Shown here: one piece after another, positions 1 to 11,283 of the stretch
How positions within the stretch are numbered: position 1 is the stretch's first letter
Layout: each line of letters starts with the position of its first letter
Assembly (NCBI RefSeq): GCF_001194135.2
Contig: NC_068982.1
Coordinates: 93,161,064 to 93,225,063 of the forward strand
Length of the DNA stretch: 64,000 bases
Reading direction: 5' to 3'
Origin: Octopus bimaculoides
Lineage: Eukaryota
Notes under the pieces: generated by a model
Database searches by the model: none
The model's input: the letters and a program-made list of their open reading frames with translations, nothing else
Told to the model about the DNA's origin: nothing
Program-made: the position numbers and the translations under genes

Positions 1-240
1 GCAAAATGTGGAGAATATATGGATGCAAGTAAAAAGAAAATTACGGCGTCAATTAGGAATGTCAGACAATTTATTGGTTTCATATTTACACGAGTTTATA
101 TGGAGGAATTCTGTAACAAAGAAAAAGACTTTTGTTCAGTTTTTGGTGGATATAGCCAATGTCTACGTTGTTATTTTTTCCCTTTAGTTTTTATTTACTT
201 TTTTAAGCACCATATACTGAAAGATTTACCCGTCTTTGTA

Positions 241-341
241 ATCCCGAAAAATATCGTAACCATTGGTCCTACCGTCTGGCTGTGAAGAGGGAACAGACAA
301 ACGGACAGACAGACGGACATAACGCTCATTATAGTAAGATA
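241..341 (+). mobile_element. Helentron-associated (HINE/DINE-1-like) element 3' end, copy 1
   Basis: GTGAAGAGGGAACAGACAAAC-(GACA/GACG)n-CATAACGCTCATTATAGTAAGAT. A short GACA microsatellite before the terminus is typical of DINE-1/HINE ends. Homologous to 571-661. Confidence 0.45.
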
Positions 342-570
342 GCAAATCTGCCTATCTACGCTGGGGAATAAAGGGATAGTAGCGCAAATCTAAGCCCTCT
401 AAATTCACGAACTATGCGGTGGGAGGGGGGATCCAGAATTAATTCTCGTCACTGGTGATTTATTAATACAAAACTCAGTATCCACTAAATAATCATACTT
501 TTTCACATTTTATCAGATTGAATAATTTCCATTTTTTCTTTTCGCTAAAAACCTTCCTACCTACTTCGTA

Positions 571-661
571 ATCTCCCAAAACACCGTGACTACTGATCCA
601 GCCGTTTCACCGTGAAGAGGGAACAGACAAACAGACGGACATAACGCCCATTATAATAAGG
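571..661 (+). mobile_element. HINE/DINE-1-like element 3' end, copy 2
   Basis: Diverged direct copy of 241-341 (GTGAAGAGGGAACAGACAAACAGACGGACATAACGCCCATTATAATAAG). Confidence 0.45.
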
Positions 662-1289
662 TTTAGTAACTATATATTTAATTGTAAACTTTAAAGCGAA
701 CTGTAATAATGTGCGTTTTCATTTTTACAGAATGTCTCCCTCTGTTCCTGATAACCGGTGGACGTATAAAATACGAGAAAGTACACATAAAACCGGTGTG
801 CAATTAAACAAAACTAATTAATAACGAAAACAAACTCAAGATTAAAATAACCGCAAATTATTTCAAGTTAATTACGTGGTTTATCATACTTTACAGAAAG
901 GCATAATTAAAATATTTCACTTCAGTAAATCTTCAACCATACATCAATGCAAGAGATAGAGCTGACAAAACAAAAATAAAACTCCGACGTGGCTTGTTTA
1001 TATAGATGTAAATATATATGACATTTCAATAACAAAAAATATATATATATATGACATTTCAATAACAAAAATAAACAAATATGCAAATTAAAAATAGCTA
1101 CGTACCAGAATATGGCTGGTAACAAACAACCTGTAGTAAAGCGCAAGATATATCAAGGAATAGACTGTTGTTTATTTAGGTCAATAATAAACAAGCACGA
1201 AGTGCTTTATTTATACCAAGTATGATAACTCTTACCATCGAAAAACCAAGTTAGGTAACTCTTGCTCTCTTGTAACCAAGTGAGATAAC

Positions 1290-1511
1290 TTTCTTGGCTT
1301 CACGTCACCGAGGGCATCTCTACGAGTAAAAGAAGTTCTCACCGAAAATAAACTTTTCCTTAAAGTTTGGTAAAAGCAATGTTTTTACCTTGGATATCAA
1401 GAAAGCCTTTCACCGTATCTGGGATGCAAATTTCCTGTCAAACTTCTCGCCCAAGAGTTACCACAATCTCTTATTTCTTGGATTGGTAGCTGCCTTTCAG
1501 ATCGCAAAATC
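1290..1511 (+). mobile_element. CR1/L2-like LINE reverse transcriptase fragment (frameshifted)
   Basis: Translates FGKSNVFTLDIKKAFHRIWDANFLS/KLLAQELPQSLISWIGSCLSDRKI, matching the RT motif LDISKAFDRVWH...WI.SFLS.R. Confidence 0.7.
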
Positions 1512-1989
1512 GTGACACAGCCATCAGACTCAACATTAAAAAAAAGAAAGAAAGAAGAAAAAGATAGCTATTCTAAAACCCCTCAACATTCCACTTTTAC
1601 TCCAACTTCTGTTTTGTGCTTTTTAAAACATTCATATGCACAAACTGCCAGAAAACCAGCACATGGTCATCACGATTTTCCATCCAAACCATTGACTGGC
1701 AGCAACTCGCATTAAATGTAGAAAGCACTAATATCAGTTCTCAGTAGTCCTAGACTAGAAGGGCATAAAAATATATTAACAGTTTTCTTTAATTCTCTGA
1801 CAACCTCATAACAAATTAGTATTGTATTATCGACTATGAGGTTATTTTAAGTTACTGCAGACATAGATATATGTGTTCATTAAACAATCATTTAGAAGAA
1901 AAACTGGCGAAATATTAATTTTATTGGAATATAATGTGTATGTATATGATACATATATAATACAAAACCACATTAAAAATAGAAATTCA

Positions 1990-2446
1990 AAATTTGGAAA
2001 AAAGGGGAAAAGAGGAACAAAGAAGAAAAAAAAATAAAAACAAAAAAGAGAAAAAGAAAGAAAAAAAGAAAAAAGCCACATTAATTCAACATCAAGTGCC
2101 TCAACTGGTTGCACATCGCAAGCTTCAATGGAGCCTACTGAAGCAAGCCAACATGCTTTCAGCATTACCTCGGGCGATTGTGAGGCTAATGTGTTGGAAC
2201 AGCTAGGGTACCCTCACAGGCTTCATCTGACACCTCAGTAGGGCAAACCACCAACGATGACAAGAATTTTGTCGTTTAGTAGCCCAGTCCCTCCAAACGC
2301 CACAGGTTAGAAGAAATAGTTCACTGACAAGTCCCAATACTTAAGGATTTTGTTCCATTTGGCTATGGAAGCAGTGATCCTCCCATCTACTGCAACGTCC
2401 ATGTGACCGGAAGCAAAGGAATCAACAGACTGGGACATCCCAGTAG
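1990..2446 (-). mobile_element. CRE/NeSL-like RLE non-LTR retrotransposon, 3' fragment
   Basis: Minus strand reads WDV..SVDSFASGH...RITASIAKWNKILKYWDLSVNYFF*PVAF...*LFQHISLTIARGNAESMLACFSRLH* (stop 2125-2127). This fits the C-terminal RLE signature WD.T...KY...F.P.A.E...LFQRLS.AI.RGNA. A T-rich 3' tail follows. Confidence 0.7.
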
Positions 2447-3949
2447 TTTTTTTTAAATGTATTTGATAGTGACTCGGTATTTGAGGCTGTAGAAAATAAA
2501 GGTTAGAATCCGAGGAAACTGAGTCTTAGCAATTAAAGACAAGACTCTTGTATTTGAGATCCAAATTTCCAAACTTTACCAAATGGCTTTAATTGGTACA
2601 GTATTGATGTTTCATCAAAGCCCTTCAGTGGAAACAAAAGATAGCCCTTTAAATGTTTATATTAGTACATACATTTTCTGTGCTAACATAAGCATTAAAA
2701 TAAATGTTCTCTCCAGTGAAGAACTTTGTTCAATGCCTTAGTATTCCTTTCTGTACAGCATACAGCCTACCTAAATTTGCAAACTCTGAGATAATAGTTA
2801 AAAGCAGTAGTCAACTGTACTTCAGTGTTTAAGTCAACTGTCATGAATAGCGAGTGGAAGAGGGAAACCAAAAGACAAACAAATAAATTTTTCTCTACGC
2901 TATTGTCTAATAGTAAACCATTGTCAATGACACCACTAGAGCTACTATTTGCTAGAAAGAATTTTAGTTACATTTTGCATATTAATTATCAGATACAATT
3001 TGTTGATTTAGAATAGAAAAATTCTTTCAGATTAATCACAGCTGTATCAGATTAATCATAGCTGTGGTGGATTTCAATATAAAATGTTGTGATTCTTGTT
3101 ATAGCAATATGAAGACCCTTTGCATTTACAGAATTTGTCATTTCAACGTGTGTCTTTCCTCATTAACAGAATATGTTTGATGGGTATTTCAACTGGTGAA
3201 TTCTGAATATTTGCATCACTGAAATATTAGCATGCAGTTTTCTATGCACTACACCTGTTTGTCTTATTCTAATTCTAACTCAGCACAGAAGTTGAGTTTG
3301 GTTTGCTTTGTTTGAACCAATGTCAATAAAGATATTCATAGCTGAACGAAGTCAGTGGTCATTAGTACCCAAGCAATGGCACCTACTTCAGGGAGTTGTA
3401 AATTTTATAAGGGGTGGAGCAGAATGCCATGTGGAAATTATGAAGTGTGGTGAATGTTTAGAGGTGTTGCAATTTTTTTCCTTTTTGAAATAAAATATTT
3501 ATTCTAAACATATCTTTAAAAATCTTTGTCGCAGTTAAAATATGTGTAGCACATTGTGTTATCAGTGAGCAGAAACATAACTGATAGTATGACAAGGTCC
3601 AGTATGATTATTTGTATTCTTTAGAAATTTCTATTAAAATTTAACCTCGTGGGTACTGGTCTACATAAACATCAGAGAAAAAAAGGCACATGTTGTATAA
3701 GATAGCATATAGACATGGGAACAATTAACCACTGTACAAAATTAGCTTCTGTTTGATTAAAATGATTTGCTTTGCAAAATGCCATTCAGTAAAAAGGAAT
3801 GTAACCTTGTCAACTACACATAGTACAAATAATTTTCATAAGCATGTTACATGACTGTTTTTATTGGTTATTATTAACCAATCAAATTGTATATTTTTGG
3901 TACATTAATTGTTCAGCGAACAACTTATTGGAACTTAGCTAAATATGAA

Positions 3950-5600
3950 TAGTTGTTGCTGAACGTTGACTAGAGTCAAAACTGAAATCAACAGGATTCC
4001 TTGCTTTCTTCTTTCTTAGTTCAAATCTTGCTGAGGTCAACTTTTCCAGTGTTGATATAGTAGAACCAGTCAAGTATTTGGGACAGTCTAATCCACTGTT
4101 TATTTTTCTCCAAATATCTGGTCTTGTACCCATGTTACAGTTCAATGTTCCCACAGATGTTTCACATTCCATACATTAATTCTTGTGTATTTCAAGTATT
4201 CACTTTCCACATATCAACCCTTGTGCTGTTTTTAAATGACACTGAGTTGAAACAGTGAACTTCTTGATTTATCATGAAAAACATATGTGAAGAATGCTAG
4301 AAATGCTCCATGATTCCTGACAGTTTTACATTACAATACGTAGTGGTCAATATGTGCTGTAAGATTTACTAGCAAGCCCTGGCGAGATCTATTTTTTTTT
4401 TAATGTAATGAAAGATAAAAGGCAATTGCATAAAACCAATTTGCATTTCTGTATGAGCAAACACTTTTAAATTTCACATATACACTTTCATTTACTGAGA
4501 AGAGAGGACTTGAACTTCTTGCACTCTCTGATATCTGTCATTTGATATGATACCATTCTGCACTACTTTTATTGATTCTATGGCTAGTACATACCCTGCT
4601 TTGCTGGATATTTTCACTGTCTCAGCAACTGATGACCCAGCTGACTTAAAATTCTTAATTGATCTTATAACTAAACTGCTTTCAGCTATAATGTTTTTGG
4701 TATTAATAACTCATTTGAAACTGCCTCTATTATCAGAACCCTATTGTTTTAAAAGGGGCATATATAAATCAAAAGTTCTTCATAATTTACGTAAGAACAC
4801 CTTTAGGATACGTTTTTAATATGAGCTTAATAATGTTAGTTATTTCACTAAATTACCTTCAAATTCTTGTTTACAAAATTAATTGAACCACATAGATTAT
4901 GTATTTCATGAGAAATATAACCTTGAAAAGATTAATAGCTGATCTCTCTGTTGGGGCTGTTTGGGGCAGTTCCTCACTTTCTCTTGTATTCTTCAAATTC
5001 AAAAGCCTCTTGTAGCATTTCATGCCTCATTCATTTTGGTGTCTGATAATAATGAGTGCTCCATTATCATTGCGTACCCACTTCTCTTCACCTCTCTATC
5101 AACTTTCTTTAAAGCATTGTTCTGCAATCCAAAACACTTCATGCTTCAACTCCTTACACTGTAGAATACGTGCATACCACTTTCTTTTTGTTTTTCGCTT
5201 TCCTATATATGTTTCTGACATCTAACTTCTAATCTAGGAACTTGGTATTGTTCTACACACTTTCTTTCAATCTTTTAGGATTGCCTTTTAGCTGTTATGG
5301 CTCTATCTACACTATTATTTTATCACCATTAACTACTATTTCCCAAAATATTCTCATTCCAGAATCTTCCCTCTCTTCACGTCTTCTCTGCAGACATTGC
5401 CTCGCAATAGTTTAAGCATAACATTAATGGCTTCAGTATCATCTGTTTCAAAGGGCTTGGACATTTCCCCTTTTCCAAACTCAGCAGGAAAAAAAAAAAT
5501 CCCAGATAAAACTGTACCCCAATTGAAAAGAAAAATAGCTTTAAATTTCTTCATTCATCAAATACAGAACAAAGGTTACAGCAGCAACACTTCAACATGA
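3950..5600 (-). mobile_element. Highly degenerate RTE-clade LINE ORF2 (RT region)
   Basis: Broken minus-strand frames give ..HEVFWIAEQ..GEEKWVRNDNG..CYKRLLN, KNFKSAGSSVAETVKISSKAG, EMQIGFM and IDLARA, in the order expected for RTE ORF2. Many stops and frameshifts. Confidence 0.6.
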
Positions 5601-5748
5601 CAAACATCTGTGATCTGAAACCATAAAATAAATACATTTTGGGGTAGAAAAAAAAATCTAAAATGCATACAAAAACCAGCAACAAGCTATTATTGCAAAT
5701 CATTTTATTTACAATTGTATATTTTTTCCTTTCCTTATTACAGTAGTG

Positions 5749-6128
5749 TGGAGGCGCAATGGCCCAGTGGTTAGGGCATCGGACTCGCGGTCATAGGATC
5801 GCGGTTTCGATTCCCAGACCGGGCGTTGTGAGTGTTTATTGAGCGAAAACACCTAAAGCTCCACGAGGCTCCAGCAGGGGATGGTGGCGAACTCTGCTGT
5901 ACTCTTTCACCACAACTTTCTGTCTCTCTTACTTCCTGTTTCTGTTGTGCCTGTAATTTAAAGGGTCAGCCTTGTCACACTGTGTCACGCTGAATATCCC
6001 TGAGAACTACGTTAAGGGTACACGTGTCTGTGGAGTGCTCAGCCACTTGCACGTTAATTTCACGAACAGGCTGTTCCGTTGATCGGATCAACTGGAACCC
6101 TCGTCGTCGTAACCGACGGAGTGCCAAC
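5749..6128 (+). mobile_element. tRNA-derived SINE family B, full length
   Basis: A box TGGCCCAGTGG, B box GGTTTCGATTCC, then a ~300-bp body ending GACGGAGTGCCAAC. Near-identical copy at 50435-50791. Confidence 0.85.
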
Positions 6129-6287
6129 TATAGATCTTTCAATAAAGACTTCTAAATAAAATGGAACAGAATACTGAAGATATAGATAGTTTGATGATAG
6201 CTCCTGTGGAAAATAAATCTCAATGGCAATTTCCGTTTAACGACCATTCCATTAGTTAGACTGGTAATTTAATACGAGTGACAGCAT

Positions 6288-6422
6288 TAGATCAACCCCA
6301 GTGTTCCGAGAGGATTAAAGACAAAGCTGACTTCGGCGGAATTTGAATGCAAAACGTAAAGATGGACAAAATGCCGCAAAGCATTTTGCCCGGTGTGCTA
6401 ACGATTCTGTCAGCTCGGCGCC
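6288..6422 (-). mobile_element. tRNA-derived SINE family A (internally deleted)
   Basis: Reverse complement of the family A head GGCGNCGAGCTGGCAGAATCGTTAGCAC..TTCAAATTCCGCCGA. Confidence 0.75.
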
Positions 6423-6710
6423 TTGTTATCGATATATATTGCAAACTTGAATATTTTATTAAAGTTTAGCAGAGATTGAAGGGCAGAACTAGTAAAAACC
6501 AAAAACAGAAAACAAAAACAAAACAAGTGATTCTTATGCTGTTCACTCGCATTTTCTAATTCCATAACAAAAAAAACAAAAACAAATGAATTTGCTTTTA
6601 ATTCCAACACACACACACATATGTGTGTATATATATATATATATACACACACATATATAAATACATATATACTTACATATACATAAATATATACATACAT
6701 ATAAGTATAT

Positions 6711-6837
6711 GCTGGAGCCTTGTAGAACTTTAGGTGTTTTTGCTCAATAAAAACTCACAACGCCCGGTCCGAGAATCGAAACCGCGATCCTACGACCGCG
6801 AGGCCGCTGCCCTAACCACTGGGCCATTGCACCTCTA
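6711..6837 (-). mobile_element. SINE family B head only, inverted relative to 5749-6128
   Basis: Reverse complement of 5749-5876, with about 12 differences counted by eye. Confidence 0.85.
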
Positions 6838-7399
6838 CTGAAAGATCTAATTCATATTAAAATAAGCAAATTGATAGACATCATTCTCGTGAAAAAACAA
6901 GAATGTTAATATAGTCAATGCAGTTTGTATTAAATTCCTAATTATGAATACTTATGAGGTGAGCTAAACACAATACTAGCTCAAATAAATATTTAATCAT
7001 TCTATGAATAACGAAAACCTCTTTTCCTCGTTACATCAATTTAATAATTTACAGTTATTTCTCTTATTATGACTTACCTCCCTTTAACCTTACAGTCATT
7101 TATCCTCATAACAGTTTTTCACCTTTATTTGTAAATATGATTTTAAACTTATTTTTCAGCCAAATTTGTTTTCTTTATTGTTCATTAGTCAACAGATACA
7201 AAGTTTCTAAGTAAACTATAAATAGATCAATACATATATCTAGGTGGTATATAACTATAATCATTAAGAAATAAAATAATGGGGGGAGGAAGGCAACAAA
7301 AAATAGGTCTATCGACATATAAATACAAAGAAGCAATTATCTTATCAAAATACACTCTATTTGTTACAATTTACAATAATTCAGGGAAAAGGAATATAT

Positions 7400-7610
7400 T
7401 TTACGAAAGAAAAACAAATAAAGAAAGAAAAATAGAAAGAGAACACATTAATTCAACACGAAGTGCTTCAATTAATCGCACGCAACAAGGTTCAACGGAA
7501 CCTACTGAGGCAAGCCAACACGCTTTCTGCATTACCACGCACGATAACGAGGCTAAGGCGTTTAGAACAGCCAAGCATCCTCACAGGCATAACCTCACAC
7601 AAGATGCTTA
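7400..7610 (-). mobile_element. Second CRE/NeSL-like RLE retrotransposon 3' fragment
   Basis: Minus strand EDAWLF*/RLSLVIVRGNAESVLACLSRFR* (stop 7492-7494). DNA-level homology to 2076-2240. Confidence 0.7.
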
Positions 7611-7719
7611 GGTGTTTCAATTATTTACTTTTGTGAAAGAGAAACAAACTGTGGAGACATTTTTATGTGAAAGATCTAATGAAATATAAATAAATCAAAT
7701 AAATAAATAAATGTCGTTC

Positions 7720-8210
7720 GTGAATAAGCGCAATCGGTGACACTATAGTGAATCAATCAACAGTATACTCACACTGCTATCTGTAATGACATATGTGTTT
7801 GTCCGCTTAATCATAGAAACATTTAAAGACTAATGTAATAGTGATATTACTTCTCCTGAGGCACAGACAATTAGTTACTTCAAAGACATTAAGTAAGTAC
7901 CATTTCAGAGACTAGTGCATCGATCACAATTTTCACATGCCAGCCTTGCGAGAGTTATAGAAAACCAACAATTCCGTTAAAAGCTGGCATATGGCTTTTG
8001 AAAAGCAACTAACCAGCCTATCATTCAAACGTTTGGGACTTCAGAGAGCATTAAATGTGAGTACTAGAATGCATGAAATAGTGTATTACAACTGAATGGC
8101 CTTCTTTAAAGAAACGAGAACGATGCAACTGTGCCGAAAGAATAAAAAGGTTTGTCACCAACTTTCAACGTATCATGTCTATCGTCCACATTTAACATCT
8201 CATTTTGAAA
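7720..8210 (+). mobile_element. MULE (Mutator-like) transposase C-terminal remnant
   Basis: PEAQTISYFKD and EL*KTNNSVKSWHMAFEKQL/AYHSNVWDF match the MULE motif LPRTNN.VEGWH..F......HPNIW.F. Confidence 0.55.
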
Positions 8211-8357
8211 ATCCTTTCAAAGTTGTTGTTTTTTTTCAATTTTATGACTAGGAAATATTTTTAAAATTTTAAATCATACTACTTAATATTTTGCGATCAC
8301 TAGATATGTTAATCAATCAATTGCGAAGTGAAGTAAATGAAGATCTATTCTTCCCTT

Positions 8358-8565
8358 AAGACGGCGAGCTGGCAGAATCGTTAGCACGCCGGGCAAAACG
8401 CTTCGTCCGTCTTTACTTTCTGAGTTCAAATTCCGCTGAGATCGACTTTGCTATTCATCCTTTCGGGGTCGATAAAATAAATACTAGTGGAGCACTAGGG
8501 TCGATGTAATCGACCAGTCTTCTCTACCGAAATTGCTATCCTTGTTCCAGAATTTGAAGCTAATA
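8358..8565 (+). mobile_element. tRNA-derived SINE family A
   Basis: ACGGCGAGCTGGCAGAATCGTTAGCACGCCGGGC (A box), GAGTTCAAATTCC (B box) and the GTCGATGTAATCGAC palindrome. Confidence 0.85.
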
Positions 8566-8623
8566 TTTATTCTTCCCAAACTGGTGAATGCTGCATATGT
8601 TCTCGATAAGCTTTCTTTTAAGA

Positions 8624-9010
8624 TTATTCTATGAATCTGCCTTCATCTTCGATAATAGCTTCAATGTAGGGCCAGAATCGTTGACATACCTGTACTATAG
8701 AGCGCATATTCATTTCGGACATCAACAGGACAATGGCAGCCATCGATGAAGCTATGGTATTGTGAGGATATCGATTGGTCTCCCTTTCAACAACGCTCCA
8801 AACGTTGTTGTCTATTGGGCTTAAATCTTGTAAGTTTGGAGGTCACAAGTTTGATGTTACACGACCATAAAGATTGTCTGACGTCCAGTCTTGGATTTCG
8901 TGGGCGTTGTGAAGAGGTGCCGAGTCTTGTCGAAAAAAGTATGGCCTTTCACTGCGCACTTCATTTATTCAAGGCTAAACGACTGTTTTCAGCACCTCCG
9001 TATATATGGC
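8624..9010 (-). mobile_element. maT-type (DD37D) Tc1/mariner transposase, C-terminal remnant
   Basis: AIYTEVLKTVV..RQDSAPLHNAHEIQDW...*PPNLQDLSPIDNNVWSVVERETN...IEDEGRFIE*. There are 37 residues between the 2nd and 3rd catalytic D. Confidence 0.8.
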
Positions 9011-9420
9011 AGTAATGACTACGTGTCTTCTCATTTCTCTTATTAGCATTTTATTTGCCATAGACGATCCGAAAGAAACAAAAGCCTTTTAATTTGTTTC
9101 AAGAGAATATTATACTGACAATTGTCTTCAAATAGCCCTTGCACTCTCTGTGTGTATATATCACGTGATTACGTGATCGACATGCCATTAAGGAAAAGGA
9201 CAGGTTTATTATCTGGAGATAAGAGGGCTGTCGTCGTAGACACGTGTCGTATGGTATTTGACATAACGGTATTCGTCTGTTATTCAAATACATGCCACTT
9301 GTAACTTCGAGTTATTTCTCTTAGGTAATTATTGCCTAAATTATGCAAGTTACCTAAACCAAAACTGTTTTCTTCTCTGTTTTGTATAAATGTAAGTCAT
9401 TTGGTTATTGGAGATAAGCT

Positions 9421-9660
9421 CAGTCAATTAGCGTGCTGGTGAAGGGCATTGAGCCAGAAAGCCACCAATGAGACAGACATGGCAGCTGAAACCATCTCAA
9501 GATGGGTGTGGTTGAAAAGGGACCACAGGTGGAACCCTTCATTCCTCACTGCTCCACTGTGGTAAAGCGCCTGTCACCCTGGAGGACCTGCAGATGATAC
9601 GGAATAGTTTCCGATATTACGATGGATTCAGGAGAGCTTACATTACCTGTGAGTAACTCC
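9421..9660 (+). mobile_element. HERO-like RLE non-LTR retrotransposon 3' end
   Basis: QKATNETDMAAETISRWVWLKRDHRWNP resembles the HERO C-terminal AE.AS.WLWL.R...W. A GC-richer UTR-like tract follows. Confidence 0.45.
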
Positions 9661-10979
9661 TGCTGCTCAATTCCGGTGTCTATTTCACCTTCAATACATA
9701 AAGGTATACAAATTATAATGACATTTCTTTGTTCCACTTAAGTTGTTTATTTTTTTATCTGAATTTGAAACGATCTTTTGGAAGACAGTTTTATTTTGAA
9801 TAAGCTCCAAATGTAATAAAATCAAATGCAAATCATGAGATTTCTCTCTTTTTATCGATCTACTCTTACAGTCCATCGCTGTTGTGAAGTCCTACTTAGG
9901 ATTCATAAACAAGTGTCAAAAGGGTAATGAGGATGGTTTTTCATTGAAGTGTTACGAATGACTGAAAGAAGTTGTCAACATAGATTGTATTGCAAAGAGC
10001 TCTCTCTCTCTCTCTCTCTCTAACACACATGCATAATTAATTAATATTTATGCACAAGAGTTTGTATTAGAAAGTCTAAGATAAATTTGAAGTAGTTAAA
10101 CTATAGTTTTTATGCCTTTAGTAGTGCAACTTTAAACAAAAGTAAATACATCTTGATATAAGAAGACTGTTCTATGTTTGTTGGTTCATTGGCCACACAA
10201 AAGGTCTACTCCCTCATTCATTTGTCCACTAAGAGAACTGTTAGCAGATCGCTCTTTATATCAAACATAAACTAGAACTTAGCAGTAATAGATAGACTAA
10301 TTTGCTTACACTGAGCGTTTGCTGAGGACGTAGTCAAATTATTAAATAATGGTTAGTTGTGTACAACATAGCATGTATAAGAAAACCTAAAATAATATGT
10401 ACATTCTTCAAAATTTATACGTGTGAATGAGTGAATGTGTATACGTGTGTGTTTTAAATTAAACTGTTAACTTATATTACAGTCGATAGTTATGGGAAAG
10501 AATAGCTTAATAGAAGAAATCAAATAAATTCTGTGTTTTGATATTTGAGTTTCATATCACAGTTTGATATTGACTACAAGTAGTTGGGTTAAAGGTATTA
10601 AATTAGATGAAACTTTCATTCTATATCCTTGACATTTACCTGGGTTATTTTAACGTGTGTTTTGCAATAAATAAGTTCAGTAGTTCCAGCCGTCAGAATA
10701 TAATTTGGTTTAATAACCATAATATAAACAGACTTTTACAACATCCACACACATTCGGTTAAAGAATTATAATAGCATATTCATGCAAATAAAAATACTT
10801 TTCTTTTCTCCCTTTTCACATAAAGATATCTTATTTCAAAGCACTCAATTTTCTTTCACTCTAAAGCTCATTTCCTATCTGCATGTTTTCTGTCAATAGA
10901 ACAGCTACATGGACAATTTAAAATCCTTTAATTAAAAATTCTTTAAATATTCCAAAGCGAACAAAACCCTTTTGAAGAA

Positions 10980-11015
<36 letters not shown>

Positions 11016-11283
11016 NNNNNNNNNNNNNNNNNNNNNNNNNNNNNNNNNNNNNNNNNNNNNNNNNNNNNNTATATATATATATATATATGAACGTGTACCC
11101 ATTCCTTAAAAGAATTTTTTAAAAATTGCTTCTCATATCCTAGTTCAATATCTCTAACACACAAACACATACATTAATTCTGGATCTGCACAGAGCATGT
11201 CTCACAGTTACTCCCTATGGGCAACTCAAAAATCTCCTTGTGTCATCTAGTAGCTTTATATATCCTTTGCATGTTTTCAATAA

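Noticed and set aside
1012-1072. Short tandem duplication ATATATATGACATTTCAATAACAAAAA
   Set aside because: Ordinary slippage duplication at a TA tract.
1215-1304. CRISPR-like repeat-spacer reading of the 30-bp periodic motif
   Set aside because: Only 3 degenerate units, ~11-nt spacers, animal genome, no cas genes. Kept only as a periodic motif.
5749-5825. tRNA gene calls for SINE heads (also 21734-21805 and 52904-52948)
   Set aside because: A and B boxes are present, but acceptor and anticodon stems do not pair and each head continues into a repeat body.
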